A model generated the notes under the pieces. The model had not been told where the DNA came from, made no database searches, and worked only from the letters and a program-made list of their open reading frames with translations. A stretch of 34,298 nucleotides of DNA from Jimgerdemannia flammicorona (lineage: Eukaryota), in assembly GCA_003990765.1 (NCBI GenBank), contig RBNJ01000279.1:1-34298 (forward strand). The letters run 5' to 3'. This document shows positions 1-13,178 of the stretch, one piece after another. Every line of letters begins with the position of its first letter. The first letter of the stretch is position 1. Both the position numbers and the translations under genes were made by a program.

Positions 1-2625
1 AAAAAGGCAATGCAGCCTCTTAGGAAAATACACTAGACCTAGCCCTCCCTAAATCACTAGAGTTGTAAGGGTGTCCTAATTGATCTGAGACTACCTCTTT
101 GCCCAAATCTAATCTCTAGTTAGTTTTATCAGTCTCTTCACCACCTAAGCTAGAAAGTCTAAATAGTAAGTAATATACCACAGCTTGGGGAACCAGTAGA
201 TATTCTGAATTGATACCTGGCCTACTAGGGAGATATAATGACCTCCTCAACCTCTAAGAGCCTCCCCCCAAATAGCCACCCTCCTCTCCCACCACTCCCT
301 TGACAAGACTGAACTATATATAGAAAGGAAGATGTTCAAATACCTCACCATCTCTCCTGTAGAGACAATTGTTCCAATGACATCCCCTCCCACCAGCCCA
401 TTCTCCAGCACTATTATCTCACACTTATGCCAGTTGAGTTTCACCCCAGAGTGTGCCTCATACCATTCTACTGTCTTCTTAAGTACCTCAACATCTACCA
501 CTGAGCTAAGTCCAACTACCATATCATCTGCAAAGGCCCCCACCTTCTACACTACACCATATATAGAGAGCCCTGCCACCTTCTGCTGTATCCTATCTAT
601 CAGAGGTTCTAATGAAAGAATATAGAGAATAGGAGACAATGGATCCCCCTGAGGAACTTCTCTTTCCAAGGGAAATACTATACTCCAGTAATCATTACAC
701 ATCAATGCTGCTCTACTCCCCTCTAACAGATTCAACATAGAAGCTCGAAATCTTGGGAGAACACCAATTCTATCTAGTACCTCACCCAGCCACACCTGCT
801 GAACATGGTCATAGGCCTTTTTCTGATCCAAAAAGACCAGTCTTCCATCTAATCTACAAGCCTGTGCTCCTTCAATAATGCCATAAACCCAGACAGTCCT
901 ATCTCTGATAAGCCTGCCTCCAACAAAGCCCTGCTGCTCCTCACCCAGCATCTGTTAGGCAATCTTCTATAGCCTTGCAATAATCACCTTAGTTACCATC
1001 TTCCTGTCCATATCCAGGAGCATGATCAGCCTCCAGTTCTTCCAATCCTCCCTCCTTTCTTTATCTTTATACAACAATGCCACCAGCCCTAAGTTCTGCT
1101 CTCCAACCCACCTACCATATAAAAGAACATAGTCACAGAGGGCTGCCATTTCCCCTAATACTCCAGGGACCTCTGCTATCTTCTTCCAGAAGTCCCAAGG
1201 TAACCCATCTTCTTCTGGTGCTGTCTCAAGCTTAGTTGCAGCCAGGACTCCCTGGACCTCTTCCTCTCGAACTGGTAGTATCAAGTCTCCAAGACCCTCT
1301 ACCTGCAGTGGATCCCACTCCTCCAGTATATTACTAATCACCTCCTCATCTATACCCCCTTCCTCACTCCACAGACCCCTCTACCTCTCCTTCAGTACTC
1401 TCAAGATCTGTTACATTATGTATTATTTTCCCCTCAGCATCAATGACCCTATCCCAACAATGTCATACCCTCTTAGCTTAGAGGAGCCTTGACAAGTACT
1501 GTGTAGGCCACTCACTCTCCTCAAGCCCCTGCCACCATAGTCTAGTAGCTATTTCTTTCAAATGAATCTCCTCCTCCTCTCTCAATATCTGTTATAGCTC
1601 CACTATCTTCAATTTCACTCACTCTAATCTCCAATTATCCACCCCTTCAGAAGAAATCAAATCAGCCCATTCCATCTGCAATCTAATCAATCTATTAGAA
1701 GTACACCTTACTTTCTTCCTTCTCTGCCTCCCAGCCTCCCTCCTAATAAACCCTTGCTGTCTCCTTCAATCTCATCCACCAGGCATCTACTGATGAGCTC
1801 ATATATCCAGCTAGTAATCTTCACCTGTATGACCTCTACCCATAGATTCCACAACACCTTCTCAGCCAGCAGGGAGAAGTTAAGGCACTAATATCTAGGT
1901 CTATCTCTACTCCCCCCAAACTGCCCCTATCCTAATAGCCCCCAGTGATTGGACTACAGGCACTACTTCACCTCCAGAGTCCTCCAAACATCCTCACCCC
2001 AGTATTTGGCTGTCAGCATCCAATTAATCCTCATACCCAGTCCATTCACTCAGTGTGTGTAGACTCTCTTTTTGCCCCATTGTGTTCTGTCTATATCTCC
2101 TAAGGAGCTAAGGTTCTCCACCTCCTCCCATATATCCAGACCATCACTTCTCCCACCTACACTCCTTCCTCCATCAGTTCTATCTAACTGTGGATTCTGT
2201 ACCATATTAAAGTCACCTTTCAGAACATCTACCCCTTTTTCCAAGAAAACTCCCTCCTCTAAAAGATTTCTAATCTACACAATCTGCTCATCCCTAGCTG
2301 TAGGGCAGTAGCAGGAGCCAACCCTTACTGGTTCCCACCCAGGTCAATGCCATTCTCTCCAGACCAAATGGCCACCCCAGCTCCTGATACCACCCAAATC
2401 TCCTCTACCCCTCCTCACCAGAATTACCACTTTGTCTATTCAAGCAGTAGCTCCTCTCCATTCTCTAGTCCACTCTATCTGATTCTCCTCATCCTCACAT
2501 CATACATTCTGTAGTAAAAAGAGATTGGCCTCCAATCTCTTAAGCCAAGTAAAAATATTCTTATGCTGCCCAGATCCCTGTAACCTATTCACATTTAGAG
2601 AGAAAATATTAGTTATATTATTTAT
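1..2625 (-). pseudogene. LINE-A ORF2 (APE endonuclease + reverse transcriptase), multiple stops
   Basis: NIFSLNVNRL..LFLLQN (APE N-terminus, ~2625-2510), KGDFN (ORF 2050-2244), degenerate SDH (SNH) near 1945. RT motifs WKNWRLIMLLDMDRK, FLDQKKAYDHV, PQGDPLSPILY, GAFADD. Confidence 0.92.
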
Positions 2626-2639
2626 AAGGAATAATATTA

Positions 2640-4650
2640 ATTATCAGTCTCATCCTCTATAAGTCTGCATTCAACTCCTCCTACACTAAGTCCAAGTTAT
2701 GTTCAGCAGTCAGTACCTTCTCTTCTGCTGCCCATATCTCTAGCCTAACTAGAAGTTCAGCCATCTCCCCATTCTCTTTTTTCTTAAAGTCCTCATAATA
2801 CTCCAGGCATGCCTCCTGCCAGAGTTGCAAACCGTGATGCTCTGCCCAACAGTAGACAGCTCACTCACCAGCAACAACTGCCAGCTCAGCCTCTCTTTCC
2901 TTATCAACCTCATAACCCTCCTCTTCTAGGAAAATCACAAGTATCTCTGCCTTCAGTGCCTCCACCACCCTATCTCTATACAGAATCTGTGCCCAATACT
3001 CCTCACTCATCACTCATAGGTTCACTTCCCCCAACTCCTTAGCTATGAAGTTATCCATCATCTTGCTTATCTACAGCAGGTTCCCCACCTCCTTCCCTCC
3101 AGGCATCTCTGGCCTTCCTGCATCCAGCATCATAGTATCTGCCCCTACACTGGCAGTCTCATCTCATCTCTCCTCTGGGACATCCACCAGCTCATCCTCA
3201 CCAACTGCCACCACCTATCCTCCTTTTGTTACATCAGAAAGTCCAAAGTATACCGACTGAGTGCTCCTCATCAGCTCAACCTCTGCCACCCAACCCCTTG
3301 CAGCTGAACTCTGCCTGACTAGTAGGGGAGTATCATCTATGACTGGTTCCCAGACTTTGAATATACCATTAGCAAAAGGGTTCTTATGAAGTATCTTTCC
3401 AGCTCCTTCCAGGTCCTCCTCTACATCCCCTCCTCTCTTACTAGCTCAGACACTTGCCTCCACATCCTCAGACTTCTCAGTACCCCTAGCCATCATCTTT
3501 GTCTCTCCTTTCATACTCACCAGCAGCTCCCTCTGTCTCCAGCACCCTTGAGCCCTCTTCCACTATCTCTTATCAGTGCAAATATGCTTCCCATCAATAA
3601 TCTCCAGATATATTGACTCTACATATAACTTCCAGGCCTTTACTCTCTGCTCAACAGTACCACTCAACTCCTCCAGAGCCTCCAACAAGTTCTCCTCCTC
3701 CTCTTCACTCTCTTTTACTCTTGACATCTTACAGACAAAAGCCCCTCACATCAACACCATGGCCTCCCTCCCAGCCAGTCTAATTCTGACATTCATATCA
3801 CCTATCCTGAAGGTAGTCTCCTCCTATATCTGGAAACCAATATCAACCACATCACCATACTCTACCATCACCTCCTCCACTCTCCTCCTAGTCTTATCCT
3901 TCATCACTATAGGCACCCCCTTCATCAGTAACTGCACTACTCTGGGGTCCCACCTCAAGCACTTCATCATAGAGACTACCACCTCCCCTATAACTACTTC
4001 AGACTTCATAGCCTCCTCCAATGGGCCCATCTCCTTGAAGCCTATCTCCACCCTCTCCAATCTCTTCAGAAACTTTACTGAGGCTGCTCCAGCCACCTAC
4101 TCTGATATAAGCCCCAGAACCATTCTTATCATCACTGCCAAGCCCCTGAAAGACAAGGTCACTGTAAACTCCAAGATTGACTTCTTGAGTAATGGTGCCA
4201 CTGTCAGCCCTGTTACATCATTAGCCAGATCTCTCTTCCACTTTGGGTCCATCTGCCCAGCCCTATTATCAACAATTATATCTGGATTTTTTTCCAGATT
4301 CCCCATTATGCTGCCATCAGCAGTCCCACTGCTACTCTCAGCAGCTACTATATTAGCCCTACCTCTCACTGGCTGAGGTCCAGGACCATCTATATTCCCA
4401 ACCTTCTGCTTCTCCTTCCCTCCTGCCTGCCCACTGTGAGCTTCAACCAACCACCCTCCAGCCCACAGCATATCCACAAAGTTTCTTCTCTTCTCCTCTC
4501 CAGCCCCACCACTAGTACTACTTCCACTGCTTGAGCTGCTCTACCCACTTAGGTCACTGAAAAATCCCATCCTCATCTGACATACTGTCAGTTGAAGGTC
4601 TCAGGTCCACCCAACCTAGTATGTGTATCTGCTTGCTTGCTGATTGCCAT
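2640..4650 (-). pseudogene. LINE-A ORF1 (putative RNA-binding protein), fragmented
   Basis: ORF pieces 4097-4477 and 3824-4096 align with LINE-B ORF1 (EKNPD, EFT.TL.FRGL, VKFLKR..VEIGFK, EY..VVDI.F). Lies upstream of ORF2. Boundaries approximate. Confidence 0.75.
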
Positions 4651-4693
4651 TGTCTTAGTACCTTTCTCCAATAAATAATTTGGAAGTATATTG

Positions 4694-4899
4694 TAAAAGT
4701 GTGTGTAACATGAATTGTAGCAGAGAAAGATGGTATTTTGAAGTGTCCTTGAGAGTACATCAGCATTGGCATTAATTCTTTCTGAGTAGTGCTTAACAGT
4801 ACAGTCATACTCTTGTAGCCTATAGATCTATCTAGTATATATTCCTTTGGGGTTCAGAGTGTAAAATAGCCAGGTGAGAGCAGAATAGTCTATTTGAAT
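4694..4899 (-). pseudogene. Element C RNase H C-terminal remnant
   Basis: Minus-strand IQIDYSALTWL..PKGIYTR*I..LQEYD..NANADVLSR. Joins in frame to ..YYLVRKHFT at 17751 once element A and one 5-bp TSD copy are removed. Confidence 0.88.
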
Positions 4900-4904
4900 A
4901 GTAA

Positions 4905-5293
4905 TGTAACAGTTTCACAGTCATATTTAGTCTTAGTATATTTTCATGTCTTTTAGTTAGTCTTTTCTTGTCATTTCTTGAATATTCTACTATGTTCTGC
5001 CATCTTCTACTTACTTAGAAACCTTCTCTCAGTGCCCAGACACTACTTGTCTTTTCTTGGTACTAAGTATCTTATCTTAGCTAGTCATGGAACCTTTCAG
5101 AACATTATAGAATAGTATTAGTCAGCTTTGCTGAGAATCTATTTCTTGATATTTCTCTTTCTTTCCAAGATCCTTCTGGATCTTTCTTTCAGATCATATA
5201 TAAATATCCTTGTTCTCTGCCTGAATAAAGCTTGGAATATTTTCTCTCAAAAATTCTCTAAGAATACTTGAACCATTAAAATATCACTTTAAG
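4905..5293 (+). repeat. Element A 5' LTR, part 1 (up to the LINE-B insertion)
   Basis: Colinear with 17286-~17684. TATATAAA at 5197 and AATAAA at 5224. Confidence 0.93.
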
Positions 5294-5339
5294 CAGATAA
5301 TACTTTCTATAGTATTTTTGGTGAAAAGCAACTAGCAAT

Positions 5340-6845
5340 ATGGACAGCAATGAACATACTAGTGAGTATGTCAGCCAGGGGGGGGGCAGCAGTGCCTTTG
5401 ACTGGCAGTATGTAGGGAGGAGGAGTGGGGATGGTTTGGGAATGCCAGGGCCTTCTATGGCTAGCCATGGTACTAGTGGAGGAAAAAGAGATGGATTGAG
5501 GCAATGTGGAGGAGAGAGGATGACCTTTGTAGACAAAGCTAAGATAGGGAGAATGGCTTCTGGTCTGAATAGTTGGCTGGGCCTAGAGAAGGTATCAATA
5601 GCCACTGTTGAGGGATAGGGAGGGGTCTCCATGGGAGAGTTGGACAGTAGGGGAGAGGGGGGAGTAGGGGCTGGAGATGTGACTGCTGATAGAGTTGTGA
5701 CTGGGGATCTAGAAAAAAATCCAGATGTGATAGTAGTAGATAGTTCAGGACAGGGGGTAGGTACAAGGCCCAGGGACCTGGCAGATGGTGTGATGGATAT
5801 GGTGTCAACACTATTACTCAAGAAATTAAGGTTGGAGTTTACCATCACATTGTGTTTTAGGGGCTTAGCAGTGACTGCAAGGATGATCTTAGGGCTGATG
5901 GTGCAGGAGGCAAAGGGGGCAGCTTTGGCGAGGGTTCTGGTGGGGCATTGTGGAAGCTTGGCTGGCAATGGGCCTCACAGGTCTAGAGCTGGGTGAAGAG
6001 AAGGACATGGAACAGAGATGGTGGTAACTTGGCGATATTCATATTAGTGGCCACCAGTTGGTGGAATACTCTCTGTCTGGGACAATAGAATGGATTTGGA
6101 TGGGTCCACTTGAGAGATGGCCAGTTGGTTGGTAGAAGGCTGGATTTGGAGAGGATTGGGAGTGGGGTCTGGTTTGGGGATGGGGGACCTCATTGCTCAA
6201 GGTTGTACCACCTAAGTTCTGGGTGGTATGGTGGAGATTTTTGCAGAGGAATGTCATGCTGGGGTACAGGACAGAGTGGATGGAGGTGGAAGGTATGAGG
6301 GTTTGCAAGTGGTGTTGTGAGCTGGATAGAGGTGTGGTACAGATGCCGGAGCATATTGTGGTAGTATGCCCAGGGATGGAGGGATTTTGACAGATATTGG
6401 AAAGCTATTAGAGTGGCGAAAGTGAGTATGCAGGGGGTCCCACTAGTTGGGTGGTCAAGCAGTGACTGGTGGGAGAGATTGGGGACATTTGGGGGGGCCT
6501 AGGCCAGATTATTGGTATCTGGGTCCTGATGGTGATATACTGGCAATGGGTGTTCAAGAAGGATCCTTGGATGGAGATTGGTGAATTGGTGGAGTGGTGG
6601 AAGGGATTGCTTCTGGAAGTAGTGCAAGGGTGGTGGTATCAGGGGAAGAGGCACCAGTTGGGAGCCATGAGAAAGGTACTAGACATTGTTTGGAAAAGTC
6701 AAGAGCACCTAGTGCTTAGTGAAAAGGAGGTACAGTGGAAAGAAGGAGTTGGCTGAGAGACCCTTCTTTATATTTATATTTATAGTAGTTATCAGATAGA
6801 GTCTTGTTCTATTAGATAGTTCTGTAATAAAGGAGTCTAAGTGAC

Positions 6846-6887
<42 letters not shown>

Positions 6888-8220
6888 AGGCAGCTTTGGT
6901 GAAGTTCTTGAAGAGGAAAGAAGGAGTTGAGATTGGGTTCAAGCAAGAGGCAGCATTGTTGGCAGCTATGGAGAAGGGGGTAACAGTAGGTGGAGTGGTG
7001 ATCTCTATAGCCAGATGTATGTGCTGGAACCCTTGAGTAGTGTAGTTGATGGTATTGGATCTTTCTACAGTATCAAGAGAGAGGGCTAGAGAGTTGATTG
7101 TAGAGGTGGTCAAGGAGTATGAGGAGATTGTGGACATCAGGTTCAAAGTCTGGGAGGGTACAGAGCTCTGGACTGATTATATTGACATCCAGGTGAGGCT
7201 GGCTAAAAAGGAGAACATAGGGAAGATGAGGGACTAACCAGCAACTCTGAAGTTGAGACCAGTGGAGTGCAAGGTCTTGAGGGTGAAAAGGACTCAGAAA
7301 GAGGAGGAGGATTTACTGGAGGCTCTTGAGGATCTGGTAGGAGTGGTCAAGAGGAGGAGATTGGCTTGGAAGGAGCATGAGGCCAAGATAGTGATAGAAA
7401 TGGTAGATGGGAAGAGGATCAGAATAGAACAAGTGACCTAGGAGAAGATACAGGAGAGGTGAATCCAGAAGGAACTGCTGGAGAAGTTGGGTAGCAGTGG
7501 GGCTAACAGAAGTGCAGAGAAAGGGGGGGCAGGACTGTGAGAGAGTGCCTGGACAGGGGAATACAGGATGGCCCAAGGTGAGGCCCAGGGTAGATCGAGG
7601 GAGGAGGGACAGAGTGGTATAGAGACAGATGTAGAAATGGGTGAGAAAGTACACTCTCAGTATAGTGTCCTGAGTGGGGCAGAGGGTGAGGAGGAACTAC
7701 TAGATATATCAGAAGAGGAGTGGGATAAGTCAGTGAGGAGGAGCACTTTGATAGACCCAGAGGTGGGAGTTGAACAGATTGCTGGAGGTGGTGGATGAGA
7801 AGAAGTGGCTGTGGAAGACTCTAGAGGGGATAGCAGCAGAGGAGCTGGGGAAGAGGACTTCCAGGTTATGGAAGAGAGGGATTGGGAGGAAATTCTTTAT
7901 AGTGAGGAGGTACTGAGGAAGGTTAGGAATGAGATCCTGGTGGTTCTCTTGAAATCAGTTGAATATCAAGTAGATGATCAGAGGGAGGAGGAACTTTGGA
8001 TAATTGTAAATAAATGGTCAGTATACTTGTGAGGATTGAGGAAGAGGTTGGAGAAGTGGAGAGTGGTCTGTACAGATTATTTGGGCAGAGATAGAAGTGG
8101 TGAATGGGGTGGAATGTTAAGAAATTTTGGAGGCATTGGATGCTCAGGCTGTAATAGAAGGTGATCTGGAAGCAGAGTGGTACTTAGATCTGGCTAGGGA
8201 TGAGATGAGTATGGAATACT
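5340..8220 (+). pseudogene. LINE-B ORF1, interrupted by a nested LINE fragment
   Basis: 5340-5618 and 5631-5931 are in the same frame; coding resumes at ~6903 (VKFLKRKEGVEIGFK). Homologous to LINE-A ORF1. 3' end approximate. Confidence 0.75.
5932..6885 (+). mobile_element. 5'-truncated L1-clade LINE (ORF2 C-terminal zinc-finger region + 3' tail) nested in LINE-B ORF1
   Basis: TSD aaagggggcagctttggcga (5912-5931)/aaaggaggcagctttggtga (6883-6902). PPKFWVVWWRFL..LGY..CKWC..EHIVVVC. AATAAA at 6826 and pure A37 tail at 6849-6885. Confidence 0.93.
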
Positions 8221-8253
8221 AGGCTGGGTTCTCAAATTAAAACATTATTCAAT

Positions 8254-11200
8254 ATAAACAGTACAACTAGAATATTCTCTTTGAATATGAATGAGTTAAG
8301 AGAGATAGCTTGGTGAAAGTACATATTTGGTTAGCTCAAGAGATTAGATGCAGATCTCTTCTTACTATAGAATGTATGTTATGAGGTAGATATGGACTTA
8401 CCAAATTGGACTAGGGAAAGAGGGGGGGCAGTAGTTTGGACTAGGCAGGTGGATATCCTAGTTCAAAAGAGGATGGGGGATATTGGTAATATTGGACATT
8501 GGGGGAGTCAGTTAGTGTGAAGAGTGTGAAAGAGGCCTGAATAGAGCCCTTTAACAGTTGGGTCATATTATTACCCAGCAGAGAGAGGGGAATAGATAGT
8601 TTGGATCAGAGATTTGAGAGAAGCCAGTATCATGGGTGAGGTGAGGATTGACTGCCTGGGGGGTAATTTCAACATAGTATGGGATAATGTGGTGGACAAG
8701 ACTGATGGTGGGAGAGGAATGAGGAGCAGAAGTAGCAAATTGGATGATTGGATGGAGATAGAGAGGTTGAGTTCTTTGGTTGATTCAGAGAGACAGTTCT
8801 GAGAAGATTGTCAAATTTATACTCACTGGGCAGCAGGGCTGGGCTCTAGGATCAACTGGATATTGATGGCAGAGTGCTGGGGAGCAGATGTCTGGGCTGT
8901 ACTGGAGGTGATTTGGTACCCATGGTCTGATCACTGGGGTCTGTTAGGGAGAGGGAGGTTTGGGGAAAGTGGAGATGGGCCTGGACATTGGTAACTGAAT
9001 TCCTCTTTGTTAGAGGATGGTACTTTATGGACAGACTGAGAGGAGGAAGTTATTGGGAAAATTAGTAGATGGTGAGAACAGTGCCTGGTGATTGAGAATC
9101 ACTGGAGGAGGCTGAAATCAAGTGCTCAGGGGTACTGGAGGGAAGCAGAGAAAGGAAGGAGTATTCAGCAGTAGCAGAAAGTACTATGGGTTTCACAGAG
9201 ATTGGCAGTGCTCCTGGGGAGATGGGTGGGGGCACTAGAGAATTGGGAGGCAGCCAACTGGTATATTGTGTGAATTCAAAAAGAAGTTGAGGAGCTTAAG
9301 AAAGTGATACAAATGGAGGAAGAGGTTAAGCTGAAGGGGATGGTGGAAAGGCTGAGGTAGCAAGAGTTAGAGGAGAGAGAGAGACCCACTAGGTTTTTAT
9401 CATGGTTGTTATAAGCACAAAGAACTAAACAGCAGTGGGATGGTCTCTTGGATGAGGATGGGGAGATAGTGGTGGGGACTCTGGCAATTCTGGAATCACT
9501 AAGGACCTGCTGGGAGGATTTGTAGAGTGAGGAAGAAGAGGGTGAGAATGTCTTGAACATTGAAAGGCAGTTGGAGGATTGGCATCCAGACCCAGCAATG
9601 GGCCTGGAGACTCTGGGGGACCCAGTGAGGGGGGAGGAAATTTGCAAGGTTTTGGCTTCAACAAGCAAAAGGATGGCTCTGAGAGAGAATGGGCTTCCCT
9701 GGGATTTTTGGAAGAAGATGGCTGGGGTAGAGGTGGTATTGGAAGAGATGACAGCAATGTATAGTGAGGTTTTTTGGTCTGGAACTTGGATTGGAGACCA
9801 GCACCTAGGGCTGGTCTCCTTGCTCTATAAGGATAAGAGGAGAAGGGAAGATTGGAAGAACTAGCAACCAATCATACTTCTCAATATGGACTACAAACTA
9901 GTGATAAAGGTCTTGGTGACTAGACTGCAGGAGATCACTCAGCAAGTACTAGGAGCAGAGCAAAGAGAATTTGTTAGTGGTTGGTTAATCCAAGATGGAA
10001 TGGCCTGGGTCCATAGAATGATTGAAGAGGCTTGGACTGCTGGGGTTGATGGCAGATTAGTATTTCTGAATCAGGAGAAGACATATGACAGAGTGAGGAG
10101 GATCTGGCTAGAGAGAGTGCTGAAAAGGGTTGATATTCCTCCAGGGTTCAGGAGGTCATTGATCAGTCTTTTGAAAAACAGTCAGAGAGTATTGGTAGTC
10201 AATGGATACAGGAGTGTAACTTTTCCACTTAGTCATAGGGTACCACAAGGAGATCCTTTGTCACCCATCTTATATGCCCTTTCCTTGGAGCCTCTATTGG
10301 ACAGGATCAGGTACAAAATTGGAGGCTTGGACATTCTGGAGATTAATTGGAAAGTTGGGGCCTTTGTAGATAATATGGTGATTAGACTGATTTTGTTGGA
10401 GAACATGGAGAAATTAAGGAGATCTGTGGAATAGTATGAGAGAGGCTCAGATGCTAATCTCAACTGGCACAAATGTGAGACTCTGGTGCTAGGTGGCAGA
10501 ATAGTTAGCAGTAATATGATTGGAATGGTGATACCAGCAGGAGATCCAGTTCATTATCTGAGAATCTACTTCTTGGTATATGGGTCTCTTCTGCCCTATA
10601 CTTGGTGGGAACAGTGACTCCTAGTATGGGGAAATGTGCTCTTACAGTAGAGTGGTCAGTATATTTTCTTGGCAGAAAGAGTGATGGTGCTGAATGTGTA
10701 TTGGCTGCTGAAGCTGTAGTATGTGGGATATCATCTGGACTTCCTAGCATGGATGGTCAGGTGACTTCTAAAGATGGCAAGATCATAGATCTGGACTGGG
10801 TGGCAAAGTTAGATAGGATGGGAGGTTCTGACCCTACCTGTAAACAAAGGTGGGCTAGACTTGGTGGACTTTACCAAATACCTTTATTGCTTGAGAGCAT
10901 GGTGGCTGAAGAGAGCAAGTGAGTTAAGGGGCCAGGAGTGGATACCACTCATGCAACAGATGTGGGAGGCCTGGTATTCTCCCTGTGAAGTATCTGGTGA
11001 TCTGCTTATGATGGTGGCTCTGGATGGGAGCAAGAGGATGTGGTATAAGGGCTTTTGGTGGGGAGTGGTAGATGGTGCAAGGAGAATTGGACTTTAGTGG
11101 CAGAGTAATGAGGGAGAGGAAGATTGGGGACTGCAGATATAGAGATGGGACAGGTTACTGCTGGGTGGTACTTTGGTGGAGGATTTTCAGCTTGGTGATG

Positions 11201-11900
11201 AAATGGATTGTTTGCAGGGCTTAGGGGGGGACCTGTGGCCTGAAGCATAGCAGAGGGTGGGGATTAGTGAGGAGTGGGACTGGAATAATATTTTGCCATA
11301 GAGCAAGCAGGTGATGTGGTGGCTTCTCCCCAAGTTCTGGGTGGTTTGGTGGCAGTTTCTGAGGTGGAATATGATATTGAACTATTGGTCTGAGCACTTG
11401 GTAGCAGATGGTACATTGGAGTGTGAGGAATGTATAGATATTGAACAGAAGGGGGGAGTGATGCAAACACCTGAACATTGGCTCGGTGAGTGTGATGTTT
11501 TGGGGGAATTTTGGTGCCATATTGCAGACCAGTTAGGGCTATGAGCCCTGGTGGAAGGGGAAGAAAGGATATGGAGAGACCTCCACCAATGGCTAGTGAG
11601 AGGGGTTGGGGATAAATGACTGACCCTAGGTTGGGCTCTGGCAATTTGGGTTGGACTGGCTGGATATTGGCTATATGTATTTAAGGAGAACTAGTAGGTT
11701 GGGGTTGGGGCTAGGGTGGTATGATGGAAATAGCTATTACTGGACATTTTGAACAGCTGGTGGAGAGGGTAGGGACTGGGTGGGGGGAGCCACTGGAGTT
11801 TGGTAAATTGTATTTGTCAGAAAAGTGAAGGGAGAATTTGAGTAATAAGTGACTGGATTATTTTCCAACAGGGAGGGTTGAAGGGTGGAGAGGGAGATCT
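8254..11900 (+). pseudogene. LINE-B ORF2 (APE-RT-CCHC zinc finger), multiple stops
   Basis: RIFSLNMNEL, GGNFN, PWSDH (~8921), FLNQEKTYDRV, PQGDPLSPILY, GAFVDN (degenerate ADD), CEEC..EHWLGEC. End approximate. Confidence 0.92.
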
Positions 11901-11990
11901 GAGGGGTATCAGTTGAGAGAATGTGGGTAAAATTGTATTATTATTTATAGATTGAAGTAATAAAGAGAAGTCTAAGTAACTATAAAAAAA

Positions 11991-12030
<40 letters not shown>

Positions 12031-12033
<3 letters not shown>

Positions 12034-12109
12034 TCTCTTTAAGCTACTTTAGACTAACTAGAACTTCCAGATTTAGCCACTTTTTCTTAAAGAAACTAGA
12101 ATCATTATA
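12031..12109 (+). repeat. Element A 5' LTR, part 2 (3' end)
   Basis: Matches 17672-17750 and ends in ttata before the PBS. Confidence 0.9.
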
Positions 12110-12111
12110 CT

Positions 12112-12125
12112 TGGTAGCAATGGTG
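12112..12125 (+). promoter_or_regulatory. Primer-binding site of element A, probably tRNA-iMet
   Basis: TGGTAGC 2 nt after the LTR end; the same start as the initiator-Met PBS of Ty1/Ty3. Confidence 0.7.
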
Positions 12126-13178
12126 TCATTATATCTTATCTTATTAAGAAACCTCACACAAATTCAGAAACCAGTCACAACTAGTTACATAAACCTAAAA
12201 TGAGCCATAAAGAGTCAGCCTACTAGCCAGACCCCTCTGCTATAGAAGAAGCAGAAGGACTGTAAGTTGATATAGAGGATATGATCACTGCTATAGCCCA
12301 TCAAATCTAAGAACTTCAAGCACAACTAGAACAATAAAGAATAAGAACTGTGAGTATATTATATTCTGCTATAGTACTAGTTAGTTTCAAGCCACTCAAG
12401 CCAGATATCTTTGATAGTTATTGAGGAAGACTATCTATATATACATAGACCTTCCAGTTGAATCAATACTCTGAGCTCACAAGAATGGAAGAAGACATAT
12501 ACATAAGTCCAATTTGCTGCTATACTTCTCTAAGAAAATGCAGCCATCTGGTGGTATAATCATATTATGACTATATCTATATACTCATATATATGAATCA
12601 GAGACTGGGAAGCTTTCAAGAGAGCCCTTCACAAGCAGTTCAAGCCTATTAATACTACTAAGCTAGTCAGAGACAAGTTAGTGAACATCAAGCAACTCAA
12701 GTCTGTACAAAGTTATAATATATAATTCTTATCAATTCTACTTAAGCTATCAGCAATATCTGAGAATGAAAAGATAGACCACTATGTCCAAGATCTGAAG
12801 GGAAACATATAAGTCAAGGTTGAGCTAGAAGAGCCTAAAAATCTTAATGAAGCTATGATAATTGTCAATAGGTTTGATGTTATTATCTTTGGTAACTACT
12901 TTGAACCAGAATACTACAAGAAGAACCACTTTGAGAACCACTACAGAAACTAACCAAGAACAGTTGGCCCAGCACCAATAGACTTAGATACTATGAAAAA
13001 AAAGAACACCAAGCTTACCCCCGAAGAAAAAGACTATCTGAAGAAATCTGGAGCCTATTTCTTCTATTATCAAACAGGATACATTGCAACCAAATGTCCT
13101 AAAAAGACTAGTAAACCCTCAAGACCAGTCACCATATTGTTCAAAGACATACCTGCCAACTCTACTACTAGTCAATCT

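Larger units (their letters stand above)
1..4693 (-). mobile_element. L1-clade non-LTR retrotransposon (LINE-A), 5' end present, 3' end outside window, decayed
   Basis: Minus-strand ORF1-like region followed by ORF2 with APE and RT motifs. The 5' end near 4693 (caatatacttccaaattatttattggagaaagg..atgg) resembles the 5' end of LINE-B (5294). It abuts the RNase H remnant of element C. Confidence 0.9.
5294..12030 (+). mobile_element. Full-length L1-clade LINE (LINE-B) inserted in element A 5' LTR
   Basis: TSD atatcactttaag (5281-5293)/gtatctctttaag (12031-12043) at a TT/AAAA-type site; the empty site is visible in the 3' LTR (ttaaagtatctctttaag). ORF1, ORF2, AATAAA at 11959 and poly(A) at 11984-12030. 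Confidence 0.95.

Noticed and set aside
3576..4376. 266-aa ORF antisense to LINE-A ORF1, with a similar 230-aa antisense ORF (5276-5968) in LINE-B
   Set aside because: It lies in the antisense frame whose third codon positions coincide with those of ORF1, so similarity follows from ORF1 conservation. The S/T/P/L-rich composition mirrors the G/A-rich sense strand.
6709..7146. 145-aa ORF with a poly-Phe run
   Set aside because: Antisense read-through of the nested LINE poly(A) tail.
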